NCBI GenBank assembly: GCA_965208525.1 | Contig: OZ242340.1 | Location: forward strand, 2,711,737-2,775,736 | Reading direction: 5' to 3' | DNA length: 64,000 nucleotides | Source: Pseudomonadales bacterium | Lineage (GTDB): Bacteria > Pseudomonadota > Gammaproteobacteria > Pseudomonadales > Azotimanducaceae | Shown here: one piece after another, positions 9,021 to 18,046 of the stretch | How positions within the stretch are numbered: position 1 is the stretch's first letter | Layout: each line of letters starts with the position of its first letter | Notes under the pieces: model-generated | What the model saw: only the letters and a program-made list of their open reading frames with translations | The model's database searches: none | Told to the model about the DNA's origin: nothing | Position numbers and translations under genes: made by a program

Positions 9021-11695
9021 GTGACTCGCAAAAAGGCGAGACGGCGCCAAAGGCGCAGCATCGGCTGGATTACGAACCCTTTCCCTTCGACGTGCCCGAG
9101 ACGCACCTCAAGTTCGACATCCATCCCGGCCAGACTACGGTCACCAGCGAACTCGCCATCGAGCGACTGAGCGATGGTGACCTTGTCCTCAACGGCGCCG
9201 ATCTCGAACTCCTTTCCCTTGGAATCGACGGCCGGGAACTCGGCGGCAACGAGTACCGCATCGACGGCGAGACACTGACCCTATTCGACGTGCCTGAGCG
9301 CTGCACGCTGTCGGTAGTCACCCGCATCCACCCGGAAGCCAACACCGCGCTCGAAGGGCTCTACCGCTCCCGCTCCATGTACTGCACCCAATGCGAGGCA
9401 GAGGGCTTCCGCAAGATCACTTGGTTCCCCGACCGCCCGGACGTGCTCTCCCGCTACACCACCACCATCGTGGCGGATGCCGAGACCTGCCCCGTGCTGC
9501 TCGCCGGCGGCAACCTGCTCGAAGAACGCGAGGAAGGCGGTCGGCGCACCGTCGCCTGGCAAGACCCATTCCCCAAGCCGAGCTACCTGTTCGCCCTGGT
9601 GGCCGGAGACCTTGCGCTGCTCGAGGACGAGTTCGTCACCATGTCCGGTCGCCAGGTGGCGCTCGGCATCTACTCTGAGCCCCACAACATCGGCCAGTGC
9701 GGCTATGCCATGGGCGCGCTCAAGCGAGCCATGCGCTGGGACGAGGAGCGCTTCGGGCGCGAGTACGACCTCGACAACTTCATGATCGTCGCGGTCGAGG
9801 ACTTCAACATGGGGGCAATGGAGAACAAGGGCCTCAACATCTTCAACACTTCCTGCGTGCTCGCATCACCCAACACGGCCACGGATGCCGCCCATCAGCG
9901 CGTCGAGGCGGTGGTGGCGCACGAGTATTTCCACAACTGGTCCGGCAATCGTGTCACCTGCCGCGACTGGTTCCAGCTCAGCCTCAAGGAAGGCTTCACG
10001 GTGTTCCGGGATCAGGAGTTCTCCTCCGACATGAACTCCCGCAGCGTCAAGCGGGTGGAGGACGTGAAGTTTCTGCGCGATGTGCAGTTCGCCGAGGATG
10101 CTGGCCCGCTCGCTCATGCGGTGCGACCGGACAGCTACGTCGAAATCTCCAACTTCTACACCACCACCGTGTACGAGAAGGGCGCGGAGGTGGTACGGAT
10201 GTTGGCGACGCTGCTTGGCAGGGCGAAGTTCCGCGCCGCCTGTGATCTCTATTTCGAGCGCCACGACGGCGAGGCCGTGACCATCGAGGACTTCGTGGCG
10301 GCGATGGAGCGGATCTCGGGCCACGATCTCAGCCAGTTCCGGCGATGGTATGCCCAGGCCGGCACGCCGGTGCTAAACGTCGAGGAAAGCCGCAGCGGCG
10401 ACCGCATCGAGCTCGCCATCGAGCAAACCTGCCCGCCAACGCCGGAGCAGGCGACGAAGGAGCCGTTCCACATCCCCTTGGCGCTGGGTCTCGTGGCCGA
10501 CGGTGGCGACCGGCTCGGTGCATCGGAGAAACCAGCGTCGATTCGCGCGGATGCAGATGTCGAGAAGGAGGGGCTCGGTGCGGTCGTACACATGCGCGGC
10601 AAGCGTCTCGCCCTTGCCTTCGAGAATGCCGGGGAGAATGCCCAGGTGAGTTTCCTGCGCGGCTTCTCGGCGCCGGTCAGGGTGCGGTACCCGCGTTCTT
10701 GGGACGTGCTCGCGGAGCTTGCCGCCACGGACAGCGATGGCTTTGCGCGTTGGGATGCGGCGCAGGACCTGTTGGTGGAGTGCATACTCGCCAGCGACGG
10801 CGAGGATTCGCTGGCGGGCGTGGAAGTGGTGACGGGCCTCTTCGAGCGGCTCTGGCAGCAGGCGATGGAGGCACCAGACGACGGCGAAGCCAAGGCACTC
10901 TTGGCAGCGACGATGACCCTGCCACAGGTGGGCTACCTGCTCGAGACTTCGCCCGGGCGCGACATCTTGGCACTCGCCGACGTGCGCGATGCGTTCCTGG
11001 ACTCGATTGCCGGTCACCTCGATTGGGAGACGCTCGCAGCGGCGCAGGACAGCGCAGAGGCGTACAGTCCGGATTCGGTTTCCATCGCCCGGCGGCAGCT
11101 AAAGGCCACAGCACTGGGCTTTACCGTGCGGGAGCTAGACCGAACGGGCTCCGCAAGGGCACAAGAGCCCCTCGGCAGCCTGCTCGACGGTGCCGACAAC
11201 CTCACGGACCGGCTGCTCGGCTTGCAGGGGCTCCTTGGCCTTGTGTCCATGCCGGAAGCCCGGAAGCAGGAGCGCATCGACGAATTCCACGAAGCGTGGT
11301 CGAGCGAAGCGCTCGTGCTGGACGCTTGGTTCTCCTCGCAAGCCGGCAGCAGCGAGTGGGGGACGTTGCCCCGCATCCGCGCCTTGGCGGAGCACCCATC
11401 GTTCGACATCGCCAACCCCAACAAGGTGCGCGCATTGCACCTGCGCTTCGCCATCGGCAACGTGAGGGGATTTCACGCCGCCGACGGCGCCTCATACCGC
11501 TGGCTGGCGGAAACGGTGGTGGAGATGGACCCATCCAACCCCCAAGTCGCCGCAAGAATGGCCCGCGCCCTGGCGCCTTGGCGACGCCACAGCCCGGCCC
11601 GGGGCCGACTGATGCAAGAAGCCCTGTCGTCAATCCGCCGCCCGGGGTTGTCCAAGGATGTGACCGAGGTGATCGAAAAGGCACTGTCGGGCTAG
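9017..11695 (+). CDS. pepN: Aminopeptidase N (M1 family)
   Basis: 'HEYFHNWSGNRVTCRDWFQLSLKEGFTVFRDQEF' is the HEXXH-(18)-E zinc motif region of PepN, at 892 aa. Confidence 0.95.
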   Translation: MSDSQKGETAPKAQHRLDYEPFPFDVPETHLKFDIHPGQTTVTSELAIERLSDGDLVLNGADLELLSLGIDGRELGGNEYRIDGETLTLFDVPERCTLSVVTRIHPEANTALEGLYRSRSMYCTQCEAEGFRKITWFPDRPDVLSRYTTTIVADAETCPVLLAGGNLLEEREEGGRRTVAWQDPFPKPSYLFALVAGDLALLEDEFVTMSGRQVALGIYSEPHNIGQCGYAMGALKRAMRWDEERFGREYDLDNFMIVAVEDFNMGAMENKGLNIFNTSCVLASPNTATDAAHQRVEAVVAHEYFHNWSGNRVTCRDWFQLSLKEGFTVFRDQEFSSDMNSRSVKRVEDVKFLRDVQFAEDAGPLAHAVRPDSYVEISNFYTTTVYEKGAEVVRMLATLLGRAKFRAACDLYFERHDGEAVTIEDFVAAMERISGHDLSQFRRWYAQAGTPVLNVEESRSGDRIELAIEQTCPPTPEQATKEPFHIPLALGLVADGGDRLGASEKPASIRADADVEKEGLGAVVHMRGKRLALAFENAGENAQVSFLRGFSAPVRVRYPRSWDVLAELAATDSDGFARWDAAQDLLVECILASDGEDSLAGVEVVTGLFERLWQQAMEAPDDGEAKALLAATMTLPQVGYLLETSPGRDILALADVRDAFLDSIAGHLDWETLAAAQDSAEAYSPDSVSIARRQLKATALGFTVRELDRTGSARAQEPLGSLLDGADNLTDRLLGLQGLLGLVSMPEARKQERIDEFHEAWSSEALVLDAWFSSQAGSSEWGTLPRIRALAEHPSFDIANPNKVRALHLRFAIGNVRGFHAADGASYRWLAETVVEMDPSNPQVAARMARALAPWRRHSPARGRLMQEALSSIRRPGLSKDVTEVIEKALSG

Positions 11696-11716
11696 CAGTT
11701 CGCGCGCGCGAACTGC
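11695..11716. terminator. 22-bp perfect GC-rich palindrome (gcagttcgcgcgcgcgaactgc) starting at the pepN stop codon
   Basis: The sequence is self-complementary. It sits between convergent pepN (+) and batD (-). Confidence 0.55.
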
Positions 11717-11777
11717 CGACGAGCCCCTCAGGGCGCGTTTAGCAGCCTGTCGGACTTGTGGACGTGCGGGCCTCGGA

Positions 11778-11876
11778 GGGAAGGCATTCTGCCTTCCCTA
11801 GCGCCGACAGGCGCTTTCTTGCCGCAAGTCGGTCAGCGCGCCCAGAGGGCGCGCAGGGAAGGCAGGATGCCTTCCC
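11778..11876. terminator. Cluster of four hairpins in a convergent intergenic region
   Basis: Two copies of gggaaggcaNNNtgccttccc (9-bp stems), agcgcc-gaca-ggcgct, and gcgcgccc-aga-gggcgcgc. Outer arms cggaggg/ccctccg give a nested, REP-like structure. Confidence 0.5.
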
Positions 11877-11915
11877 TCCGAAGGCCCACCTCGTTCACGC
11901 ACTGGCCCGGATGAT

Positions 11916-13350
11916 TCATGAATGCACCGGTTTTGCGCGCGGCGCACTAGGAGCCGAAGGGTATAGCGAGGGCAGTGGATCATTGGCCGTTGCGGCGTCC
12001 TCGTCCTGGGCGACGATGGCTCTTAGTAGGGGTTCGAGGTCTCTCGGCTTGTCGGGCCGTTGCGCGTAGATGGGATCGTTCAAGGCGTTGAGGAGGTCTT
12101 GGCCCGTTGCCGTGGACTGCAAGCGTTGCAGTGCTTGGATACCGCCTTGGTGCCAATGTTCGCTGAGCCAATCGAGGATCATTGCCTTGGCTTCGGTGGG
12201 CGAGCGTTTGGGCAGGCGGCGCAGCAGTGCTTGCAGGCTTGGGGCGGTGCGGTTTGGCGGCTTGGCGTTTTGGGCGCGGCGCTGGTTGCCTCGATTCCGA
12301 ACGGCAAGGTAGAGGGCGAGGAACCAGCCGATGGCGGCAAGGGTGGCGAGGACGGGCGTTTGCCACGGCATGTTGGGTGAGGTTTCGGGCTCCGGAGTGG
12401 GGCTTGGTGCGACGAAATCTTCGCTGGGCGTCGACTTGGCAGGCCTTTCGGGATTGGCGGTCGGCGTCGACCCCATCACGGTCAAGCGTTTGACCGGCGC
12501 GATCGTGGTGGCAAGTGTGTCCGTGCGGGTGTTCCACCACACCACTTCGACGCTCGGCACCACGAATGCTCCGGCGCTGGTGGGGATCAGCGTGCGCCGC
12601 TCCACGCGTTCGCCGATGACCGCGCCGTCGGCGCGTTCGTTGAGCTCGGCCGGTGCCGGGTAGCTGCGGAACGCGTCCGGCGAACGGGCGACGAGCGGCG
12701 GGATGGCGGATGCTGGGGCACCGCGGGCGGTCACTTTCAGCACGCGGTCGATGGGCTTGCCGACGGCGAGATCGGTTGCCTCGGGCCATTCGTCGCGTAG
12801 CGTCACGTCTTCTGCCGGAAACCAAGCGCTGTTGGTTGGATAGGAGCCGGGCATTGGCGCGACGTCGATGGTCACCGGCGATGAGAGGATCCGCAACACA
12901 TGGCCGCGGTCACCGGGCGCATGGCCCCTGACGCTAACCCGCACGCTGGCTTCAGGAATCACCAGTGGGCCGCTGCGTTCCGGGAATACGGAAAAGCGCT
13001 GCCGGACGCCCTCAAGCGCAATGCCACCGCGTTCAAGCTCCACAGGCCCAGGCGGCCCATGCGCTACTACCATCGCGCCGTCCATGTCCTCGAGCACCGG
13101 CAGCGCCTCGAGCAACCGCACCGGCGTCGAATGCAGCAGCCGACGAGTGACCACGAGTTCCGCATGAACGTACGCCCGCTCGCGGCTGGTCGTCGTTTCC
13201 AGGATGGGCTGCGCCGTTGCCAGCGAGGCTGAGGCAGCGGCGGCCACCGCCGCGGCAGCGAAGAGGTGGCGGCCTCGCGACGGGTGGGCCCGGGCAAGAA
13301 TGCCCCCGAGGGCCCTTGCATGGCCGAAATCAAGCCCCGTAATGCGTTGA
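11916..13350 (-). CDS. batD: BatD (aerotolerance operon protein; secreted/membrane-anchored)
   Basis: The frame has signal-peptide-like 'RHLFAAAAVAAAASASLATAQP', a long beta-rich body, a C-terminal TM helix 'VLATLAAIGWFLALYLAV' and a 'DWLSEHW' tail, as in BatD. The ORF track extends to 13817 but that would overlap batB. The likely non-ATG start (TTG near 13350) is uncertain. Confidence 0.6.
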
Positions 13351-13661
13351 TAAACCGTCAATATGCCTCGAAGCGGAGTCAACACCAATGTGCCGGCCAA
13401 GAGGTTTGCGTCGTTCTGCGACGGAAACCTCTTGGCTAGGTGGGGGCTGGGGCCAGACCCCGAGCGCCAGCGAGGGGTTTGGCGGCGTCGATGGCGCGGT
13501 CCCACACGTCCTTCGGAGCGTGGACCCATCACGTTCCTCCCGCCGAAGGCCAAGAAACCAAGGGCCCGAAGCTGCAACCAGCCCTCCCCCCGCGAGACGG
13601 GCCCGTCGGTGGCGGGAAGGGCCCCTGTTCCCTGCCCTCTGCGGCCCGCCGCTCCCGCCGG
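13345..13661 (+). repeat. Non-coding repeat element, copy 1 (long form), starting 'cgttgataaacc'
   Basis: About 80% identical at nucleotide level to 43563-43791. The shared sequence sits in different reading frames in the two copies, so it is not protein-coding. It lies antisense between batB and batD. Confidence 0.7.
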
Positions 13662-13696
13662 AATGGAGACTTCCTCTTCCACGTAGAGCCCCGCAT

Positions 13697-15415
13697 TCAC
13701 CAAACTCGCTCGGTTTGTCGGTAGCGGTAGTCGCCGGAGCGCAGCCGCCGGCGGGTTTCGTGTTGGAACTTGCGGGCGAGCAGGCCCGTGGGGTCGTCCG
13801 GAATCCGGCGCAGCCATTGCTCGGTGGCGGCGCGGGCTTCCTGGCTGCGGCGGTGCTCGGGATTGCCGGAGTCGTCGGCGACCTGCTGCGCTGACGGATT
13901 GTCCTCGCCGGAGGCAGGCTGGTCACTGGCGGCATCGCCGGCGTTGCCGGTGCTGGAAGGGTCGGGGCGCGCCGCGGATGTCTCCGATGGCATGCCCTCG
14001 CCGGTGCGTCGGTCGCTCGCTGCATTGGGCTCGCCTTCGCTGGCCTCCTGCTGACTCAGCATCTCCTCCACCAGCGCCTTGTTGTGGGCGGCATCCTCGT
14101 GCCCGGGAGCCGCCCGCAGCACTGCGTCGAAGGCCATCACGGCTTCTTCCAGGCGGCCCGCCCGCGCCAGCGCATTGCCGAGATTGAAGCGCCCCGTGGG
14201 CGTGGAATCGACTGCGAAGTCCTGAATCGCGCCGGTGTAGTCGGCGCTGCGGTAGCGCGCCACGGCACGCCAACTGCGGTCCTCGAAGACTCCCGCGGCG
14301 CGTTCGGCGTCACCACCCCTAAGCAATCTGTGTGCGCGCTGGTCGGGCCTTTCCCAGAAATCTGCGCCGGCAGGTTGCGAAACCAGCAATCCACAGACGG
14401 TCACGAGAGCGGGAACCGCCGCCAGCGCGCCGCGTCGAAAGCCGCTCAAAACCAGCAAGCCGAGTGGCAGCAGCAGCCAATAGCCGGCGTCACGCCAGAT
14501 GTCGAACTGGCGCTCCGCCTGGCGCGACTCGGCACGAGTCGGCAGAGGAGTTTCGAGCAATTCTGCGAGATCGGCACCGTCGATGGCGAGGCTGCGGTAG
14601 CGGCCGTGACTGGCTTCGGCCACCTCCTTCAGGTGCTCGGCGTCGAGCCGCACTTGCACCACCGAACCGTCGTCGGCGCGCAGGAGCTGCGGTGGGCGTC
14701 CCGGCACGTGAACCGGAATCGGTGCTCCGGTCGCGGTGCCGACCCCCAGGATCGACACCGGGAAGGATGGCGTCGCGTGTTCGGCAATGTCGCGGGCCCG
14801 CTCCACGGCATCGGTGATAAGCAGAATCCGACCTTGCTCGATGCCGGCGTTGCGATAGAGCTGCCGGGCGAGTTCAAGAGCGGCGGCCGGCCGACTGCCC
14901 TGAACCGGCATCATGGTTGGATGCAGGGCACCGACGAGGTTGGCGATGGTGCGGGTGTCATCCGTTAGCGGCGTGACCACATGGGCATCGCCAGCGTAGG
15001 CGACGAGGGCGGTCAGTCCTTCCTGCCGCTCGCCGAGCAAGTCCGCGAGCTTGTGGCGTGCTCGCGCCATGCGGGAGGGTTCGACATCCTCTGCCAGCAT
15101 GGACATGGACACATCGAGCACCACCACTAGGCCATCCGTGCGTTGCCCCACGGGTTCAGGCAGTCGCTCCCAAGTGGGGCCGGCGAGGGCAAGAATCGTA
15201 AGCAAGGCCGCTGCGACAAGGAGCTTGGTGCGCAAACCGCGGTCTTGGTCGCGCTCCTCGAGGAGCACGCGCAAAAGCTCCGGCGCCACCGCTTCGCGCC
15301 AGCCGCCGGCACCGGCCAGGGCCAGCCGCCCGAGCCACCACAGGAGCGGCGCGACGGGCAGCGCGAACAGCCACAGCGGACGCAAGAAGTGGAAGTCCGC
15401 AAGCGCCTCCATCAT
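13697..15415 (-). CDS. batB: BatB-like vWA plus TPR protein with extended acidic/Pro-rich tail (possible BatB-BatC fusion)
   Basis: N-terminal TM segments, a vWA domain, a TPR-like stretch ('FNLGNALARAGRLEEAVMAFDAVL') and the tail '...EQWLRRIPDDPTGLLARKFQHE'. Start overlaps the batA stop. Confidence 0.75.
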   Translation of the reverse strand: MMEALADFHFLRPLWLFALPVAPLLWWLGRLALAGAGGWREAVAPELLRVLLEERDQDRGLRTKLLVAAALLTILALAGPTWERLPEPVGQRTDGLVVVLDVSMSMLAEDVEPSRMARARHKLADLLGERQEGLTALVAYAGDAHVVTPLTDDTRTIANLVGALHPTMMPVQGSRPAAALELARQLYRNAGIEQGRILLITDAVERARDIAEHATPSFPVSILGVGTATGAPIPVHVPGRPPQLLRADDGSVVQVRLDAEHLKEVAEASHGRYRSLAIDGADLAELLETPLPTRAESRQAERQFDIWRDAGYWLLLPLGLLVLSGFRRGALAAVPALVTVCGLLVSQPAGADFWERPDQRAHRLLRGGDAERAAGVFEDRSWRAVARYRSADYTGAIQDFAVDSTPTGRFNLGNALARAGRLEEAVMAFDAVLRAAPGHEDAAHNKALVEEMLSQQEASEGEPNAASDRRTGEGMPSETSAARPDPSSTGNAGDAASDQPASGEDNPSAQQVADDSGNPEHRRSQEARAATEQWLRRIPDDPTGLLARKFQHETRRRLRSGDYRYRQTERVW

Positions 15416-16473
15416 CGTGCAGCCGCCGCTGGGGGCGGCTGAGGCGTAGCGCCTGCCGCCTGCGCTTCCCCGCTCGGCCTCGGGCCTCGGAGACTTCCGA
15501 TGGGAAACATGGACATCGCCGCGGCCAGCAGCAGGAGCGCGGCGACGGTCAACGGAAGGTGATATAGCTCGCTGACCGGGCGGTACGGCTCGGCATCCTG
15601 CGCCACCGGTTCGAGCTCGTCGATGCGACGATAGACGGCGCGCAGGCTTTCGGTGTCGGCGGCGCGGAACGTGTCGCCGCCGGTGATGCGGGCCACATCG
15701 GCAAGCGTCGCCTCGTCGAGGCCGGAACCCGGGCTGATGGTGCGACCGCCGCCGGCGGCAAGTTGCCGCGCTGGTTCCCGGCCTACCCCGATGGTGTGGA
15801 TACGAATGCCGATGACCGCTGCCAATTGCGCGGCCCGCCTAGGCGATACCGCCCCGGCGTTGTTGGCGCCGTCGGTGAGCAGGACCAGCACGCGGCCTTC
15901 GCTCGGACGGTGGCGCAGGCGCTTGACGGCGAGGCCGATGGCGTCGCCGATCGCGGTCTTGCCGCCGGCGATGCCCACGGGCGCCTCCGTCAGCAATGTC
16001 TCCACGGTGTTGAGATCGAACGTCAGAGGCGATTGCAGGTACGCGCGGGAGCCGAACAGCACCAGCCCCACCCGGTCGCCACGGCGTCGCTGGACGAACT
16101 CCCGCACGACGGTCTTCACGACGGTCAGACGATCGGCCCTACTGCGGCCAAGGGTCAGGTCCTCCGTGCTCATGCTGCCGGATATGTCCACGGCCAGCAT
16201 CAGGTCTCGGCCCTTGGTGGGCAGCAGCACTGGTTCGCCGGTGACCTGGGGCCGAGCCAAGGCGACGATGAGCGCCGCCCATCCCAGCCATAGAAGGGCC
16301 TCACGCCACCGGGCGCGTGTCGCGGCCGCGGCGTGTACATCGGACACGGCGAAGGCGTTGGCGTCGGGCACCAGCAGGGCGCTTTCCGTCGTTTGTGCAG
16401 GACGCGACAGCCAGCGCACAAGCAGAGGCAGCGGCAGTGCCGCGAAGGCGAGGGGCCAGGCGAACTCGATCAT
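15412..16473 (-). CDS. batA: BatA (vWA domain membrane protein)
   Basis: 'MIEFAWPLAFAALPLPLLV...' followed by a vWA MIDAS region 'LMLAVDISGSMSTEDL', then 'LLTDGANNAG'. Confidence 0.8.
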   Translation of the reverse strand: MIEFAWPLAFAALPLPLLVRWLSRPAQTTESALLVPDANAFAVSDVHAAAATRARWREALLWLGWAALIVALARPQVTGEPVLLPTKGRDLMLAVDISGSMSTEDLTLGRSRADRLTVVKTVVREFVQRRRGDRVGLVLFGSRAYLQSPLTFDLNTVETLLTEAPVGIAGGKTAIGDAIGLAVKRLRHRPSEGRVLVLLTDGANNAGAVSPRRAAQLAAVIGIRIHTIGVGREPARQLAAGGGRTISPGSGLDEATLADVARITGGDTFRAADTESLRAVYRRIDELEPVAQDAEPYRPVSELYHLPLTVAALLLLAAAMSMFPIGSLRGPRPSGEAQAAGATPQPPPAAAAR

Positions 16474-17045
16474 GTGCGGCGAAGGCGTTGGAGCTTGGCG
16501 GACTGTGCAGCCAGCGTCGCGCTCGCCTCGCTCAGAAACCGGCGGAGCAGCGCCGTACGCTCGCGCGCCGCGTTTTGCAGCGCGTCGATTGCCGCGGTTG
16601 CAAGGCCCGTCGCGTCGGCGTCGAAGCGTGGCCGAAAGCGTGCCTCGCCGAGTGCCTTGCGCAGCGCAGCCAACTCCGGCTGCGGGAACCGTTCCGTCAG
16701 TGCTTGCGTCCAGGCGTCCCCAGCGGCTGTGGTCGCCCCTTGGCGCCGCTCCACGCGCACCAGCACGCGCTTCAGCACGTCGCTGATCCGGTCTGCCAAG
16801 GCACGGGCGTCGATCTCGCCAGCCGCATGTTGACGCGCAGCAAGGCGGACGTGGCGTTCAGCGGCGACATAGGGCTCGCGCAGTGCGGCCCGCTGCCGCA
16901 GCCAGTGCCTCGCAAGCAATGTCGCGAGCACGATCGCCAACACCCCCAACCCGAACACCAACCACCACCCCGGTGCCGGCGGCCAAAAACCGGGCGCAAC
17001 GGGCTCGTGAATGTCCCTTAGATCACTCAAGAGATCGGGCGGCAC
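16470..17045 (-). CDS. DUF4381-family membrane protein of the Bat/MoxR operon
   Basis: 'LRDIHEPVAPGFWPPAPGWWLVFGLGVLAIVLATLLA' matches the DUF4381 start signature. Probable GTG start at ~17045; the longer ORF-track N-terminus overlaps the DUF58 gene and is rejected. Confidence 0.55.
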   Translation of the reverse strand: MPPDLLSDLRDIHEPVAPGFWPPAPGWWLVFGLGVLAIVLATLLARHWLRQRAALREPYVAAERHVRLAARQHAAGEIDARALADRISDVLKRVLVRVERRQGATTAAGDAWTQALTERFPQPELAALRKALGEARFRPRFDADATGLATAAIDALQNAARERTALLRRFLSEASATLAAQSAKLQRLRRT

Positions 17046-17122
17046 TCGGCGCTCCCCTACACCCCTCAACAACGCCGTCAACTTCCCATACGCAACGCGC
17101 CCTCGCAAGCCGTAGCTGCGGG

Positions 17123-18046
17123 CTAGGAAGTCGGGTCGTTGGTCGCGACGGTTGTGAGGTCGATGCCGGCGTCGCGGCAGCGGGCGGCGAGGAGGTCCAG
17201 GCGGTGAACGAAGCGGCGTTCGTAGTCGTCGGCGCCGAGGCTCGCGTCGAAGCGAACGCGGCGCAGGCCGTCGCTGACGTTGAAGGCACGGCGTACCCTG
17301 GGCAGGCGGCGTTCGAGTGGATCGAAGATGGCGACGAAAGAGGTCGCATTGCGGCTGGCGAGGGCCGTGACCGCATCTAGCCAGTCTTCCCGAGCTGCGA
17401 AGTCGCTGATGACGACGATGCGTTGATTGGCTGGTGCAAGTCGGGCAAGGGTCTCGGGCAGTCGTCCAAGGGAGTTGGCCGTGGCCCGTGCGGGGGAGAG
17501 CGCTTGATTGGCTTTCGCGACCGCCGCGAGGAACCGTCCCACCGCGACGCTGGAGCGATGCGGTCGAAACGCCACAAGCTCGGACTCGCCCATCACCACG
17601 CCGCCTACCCGGTCCCCGGCCTGAAGCGCTCGCCATGCGGTTCGTGCAGCCACTTCCGCTGCCGCAACGGACTTCAACCGCGCCACGCTGCCGAAGAACA
17701 TCGAGCGGGTTTGGTCCACGACGATCAGCGTCGGCAGTTCGCGTTCCTCGCGGAAGACGCGAATGTGGGCGTGAGCCTTGCGCGCCGTGACCCGCCAGTC
17801 GATGTAGCGTGCGTCATCGCCGGGTTGGTATTCCCGCACCTCGTCGAGGTCGATACCGCGTCCCTTGCGGCGGGACTCGTGCATGCCGACGCGCCGGCCC
17901 TTCGCGCGACGGGGAAGGGCTTGAGCGCGTAGGTGGCGCAGCGCAAGGAGTTCCTCAAGGCTCGCATATGCGCCTTTCAGAGCCAGCCCGTCGGCAAACG
18001 CCGGCCCCGACTTGGTCGCCTCAGCGTCAGGCGATGCGCCCCTCAC
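17123..18046 (-). CDS. DUF58 protein (MoxR-associated, vWA-like)
   Basis: '...VGMHESRRKGRGIDLDEVREYQPGDDARYIDW' is the DUF58 core. GTG start at 18046 overlaps the moxR stop by 4 bp (GTGA). Confidence 0.7.
   Translation of the reverse strand: MRGASPDAEATKSGPAFADGLALKGAYASLEELLALRHLRAQALPRRAKGRRVGMHESRRKGRGIDLDEVREYQPGDDARYIDWRVTARKAHAHIRVFREERELPTLIVVDQTRSMFFGSVARLKSVAAAEVAARTAWRALQAGDRVGGVVMGESELVAFRPHRSSVAVGRFLAAVAKANQALSPARATANSLGRLPETLARLAPANQRIVVISDFAAREDWLDAVTALASRNATSFVAIFDPLERRLPRVRRAFNVSDGLRRVRFDASLGADDYERRFVHRLDLLAARCRDAGIDLTTVATNDPTS

Noticed and set aside
13363-13724. Small ORFs inside the repeat elements (13363..13686, 13440..13724, 43579..43797, 43581..43775) as possible small proteins
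   Set aside because: The conserved nucleotides fall in different reading frames in the two copies, so the conservation is at DNA/RNA level, not protein level.
16470-17636. Full 388-aa ORF as the DUF4381 gene, and the full 633-aa ORF 11916..13817 as batD
   Set aside because: Their N-terminal extensions are Arg/Pro-rich and overlap the upstream DUF58 and batB genes respectively. Internal non-ATG starts give proteins of the expected size and architecture.
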